Assembly (NCBI RefSeq): GCF_009914755.1
Contig: NC_060928.1
Length of the DNA: 64,000 nucleotides
Direction: 5' to 3' (one strand)
Origin: the human T2T-CHM13v2.0 reference genome, Homo sapiens
Shown: positions 60,767-64,000 of the stretch, in pieces
Numbering within the stretch: position 1 is the first letter of the stretch
Layout: each line of letters opens with the position of its first letter
Position numbers and translations under genes: made by a program
The notes under the pieces: generated by a model
Told to the model about the DNA's origin: nothing
Seen by the model: only the letters and a program-made list of their open reading frames with translations
Database searches by the model: none

Positions 60767-62975
60767 AGGTCTATGTCATACAAGTGCATTTCTTGCTATA
60801 GGTTACAGATAGAAAAGTGTGAAGGCCACTGGGCTAGGTGACCTTTTATGATTCTTTCTAAATTAAAAGAAATAATTCTGGGAACATTCATAATTTCTAT
60901 CATAATTTTGTATAAAACAGAGGCTATATCTAATTCATTTCGAACAAGACCCTGAATAAAATGGCCATTTGTTAGGTTATATCTGACATATTTATCAGTT
61001 CATATTTTATTATTCAAACCCCAAAAACATTCAGTACTTTAGGTCAGATTTTGGTCAAAGAAGAACCCTCCCTGAACCTCACTTTCCTGCACTCAGGAAA
61101 AAAAAAAAAAAAAAAAAGAAATTTCTGCACAGAAAATATTCCCAAGACCCAGGTCATGTATTTTGTATTCATTTCAAGCAGTATTTTTTTTTTAATGAAA
61201 TTGTACTCTCTAAAAAGCATTAGAACCATCCTTCCAATTTGAGATGTAACACAATTCAATTTTTATTAAATATAATGATGTCTAGAAATTAAACCTCAAG
61301 GGAATATTTTAAAACACAAGTGTGAGCAATATCATACATTGCTAAATTAACTCAGAGGATACCATCTGCAAAATTAAAGCAGCGATCTAGGGATTCAAGT
61401 GTTGGAATTGGGGACTGAAGGAGGTGAATGAATCAGTTTCCTTTTGCACTGAAATTCCATGATTCAGCAGTTCTACAAATGTTGACAAGCACCTATTTGG
61501 AAGTATTAAGAGTCAACATAAATTGCGGATGACCTTGTTTCTCTGATCCTCTGGATTCTGTTGGTCAGAATGTGGGACCAAGTAATTTTTCTCCTCTCAA
61601 ATCTAAAATAATGCACACTCTTTCCTGTGTAGTCAGCCAACAAGCATGATATATTTTTTGCTCTACGTGCAGAAGTACTTTATGCTGCAAAATATTAATT
61701 TCTAAAATTGTGAGAAATTGGCACTCAAGTAAATAGTACATGAGGAATAAAGTTCAAATGGACTTTTGGGGAAAATGTAAGATATTGTTTACTCAAAAAA
61801 TTTAGAAATGATGTGACCAAATATCGTCTTAGACTTTTAAATTTCTTTTCTGATTTCAATTTTTGCATGATAATACATTCATGGGGGGGTAGTTTAGTAT
61901 TTTTAAAGCACTTTTTATTATTCATTTATTCAAAAATATTTATTGGGGATCTACTTTCTGTTGGGCACTGCTCACTGCTCTTGTTATTGGTGAACAAGAG
62001 CAGGTTCCCTGGAGTTTACAGCTTAGCTGAGGGGGAAGACAAGGGAGGAACAAGAAAACAAAGGAACACGATCACTGCAGATTGTGATAAGTGTTATAGA
62101 GGGGGAAAAACCGTCAGTGATGACTTCAGCAGTGCAGGTCAAGGGAACATCGAAGGAAGTGACATTTGGGCTGAGATCTGAATGGCAGGAAGGAGTCAGC
62201 CCCATACCAGGCAGAGCTTTCCTGGCAGTGAACTTGTTAGGGCAGAGGCTCCAGAGGAAATACGCCTGGCATGTTCTCTGTAAAGAAGCTCATGTGTACC
62301 ACGCTTTCTCTTCATGTGAATATGCAGCATTTAAAGAGCTTGTTCTTCATGCTTTTAACTCTAATCCCTTTTGTTCCAAATTTTGAGAGAAAAAAAAACA
62401 GAGAACAGAAGGAAAATAGAGTAAAATTTTTCTGCACAGTACATACTCAAAATGGTCCGACAATATTTCAATCTTATTTTTAAAGTCACTTTAGGACAAA
62501 GATCAGAATGATAATGTTTAATGGTATAAGGGATGTTTCCCCCACCGCTCCCCAAAAGCCTAATTTCTCTAAATGGCAAATTTCCATTGGCAATGGTCTT
62601 ATCACATACTAAATGTTTACAGTTTTTTTTAACTTTTTATTATGAGTTGATAATTTTTAAATGGATTGACCACTCATCAATTGCTTTACAGCTATAAAAG
62701 AAAAATACTCATTATTTTTTGACAGTAGAGAATGTGCAAAGTTGGAGCTAATTTTCTGCAAAATATTTTACCCATTTGGCACCTTCTTCCGTGTTAAATT
62801 GTCTCGCTTTCTCGCTCCGTCATCATTCCCACTCAATCTAAAGACAGGGAAGGTTTGGAAGCAATTAACATAAAGGAAGCATTGATCTAGCTATCCTGAG
62901 AGTTTCAGTGCAAGTTTTGGTATCAAGAGTGCTATTTTTATTTTGTTTTTCAAAAAGGTAGAAAAGAGCTCATAG

Positions 62976-63327
<352 letters not shown>

Positions 63328-63382
63328 GGAATATTTGAATTTTATCCTTGGTACCTGAAAATGGAAACCATTCCAACATTAA

Positions 63383-63385
<3 letters not shown>

Positions 63386-63421
<36 letters not shown>
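63386..63421 (+). repeat. Isolated A36 homopolymer
   Basis: Direct reading. Confidence 0.95.
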
Positions 63422-63424
<3 letters not shown>

Positions 63425-64000
63425 GGAATTTATAAGGTAAAGCCACTGGGCAAATCGCCCAGGTTCTCTAAGCCTCATTTTCTACAGTGAAACTAGTGGC
63501 CTCTATGATTAAATAATGAACGTGAGAGCTGGAAGGAAGGACTCCTGGAACCCATCTCAGTTTAGAGGTTTTGAACAGTTTTCTTTTTCTGGAATGTTCA
63601 CACTCACTTTTTCCACCTAACAAATTTCCCAAGAGCTTTCAGCTGAGCAGGCTTAGCCCCAGAGAGACCTAGACTCATATCTTAGCTCTGCTACTTAGTA
63701 GCTTATCACCTCAAGGTCTCATTTGTAAAATGGACATCAAAAGAAGGCTTACTAGGATTGTTAAAAAAAAAAAAAAGTTGACTGAGATAATTCATATATA
63801 CTTGCCTATGTACAGCTCAGCTGCTATCTGTGTCTAGGGTCTGCCACCATGAATATTAACTATTATTTTTACAGTAGATATTCTTTTATCTGATATAAAA
63901 TGGCCTGGTAGTAGGTAGGCTAATAGAACATTGGTTAAAGCAGAGATAGCATGACTAATGGCCATAAGCTTAGGGCACAAACAATGTTTTACAGAGGAAA

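Overview
Primate genomic DNA, almost certainly human or great ape (Alu/THE1/MER/MIR/L2 content). It lies inside LDB2 (LIM domain-binding 2, CLIM1), which is transcribed on the minus strand. The only protein-coding sequence I can support is one 103-bp internal exon at 925..1027 (-). It encodes DSDNLWWDAFATEFFEDDATLTLSFCLEDGPKRY(T), part of the LDB dimerisation domain, with canonical AG/GT boundaries. Positions 1028..64000 are the large upstream intron (intron 1 in the canonical model, from recall) and 1..924 the start of the next intron. The rest is interspersed repeats (about 20 Alus, many with readable target-site duplications; THE1/MLT1 LTRs; MER1A/B, MER8, MER20, MER53, Tigger3a; L1M, L2, MIR), microsatellites and repeat-free stretches with transcription-factor motifs. 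The other ORFs in the track look like Alu, microsatellite or chance ORFs. I found no evidence of a new multi-gene system. The best second-look items are: a near-consensus CTCF site with upstream module inside old L2-like sequence, a palindromic MER53 (miR-1302 source family) with a perfect 8-bp TSD, closely spaced inverted Alus, UG tracts flanking a possible in-frame cryptic exon, a 57-bp tandem duplication and several candidate enhancers. Repeat names and boundaries were assigned by eye from recalled consensus sequences and are approximate.
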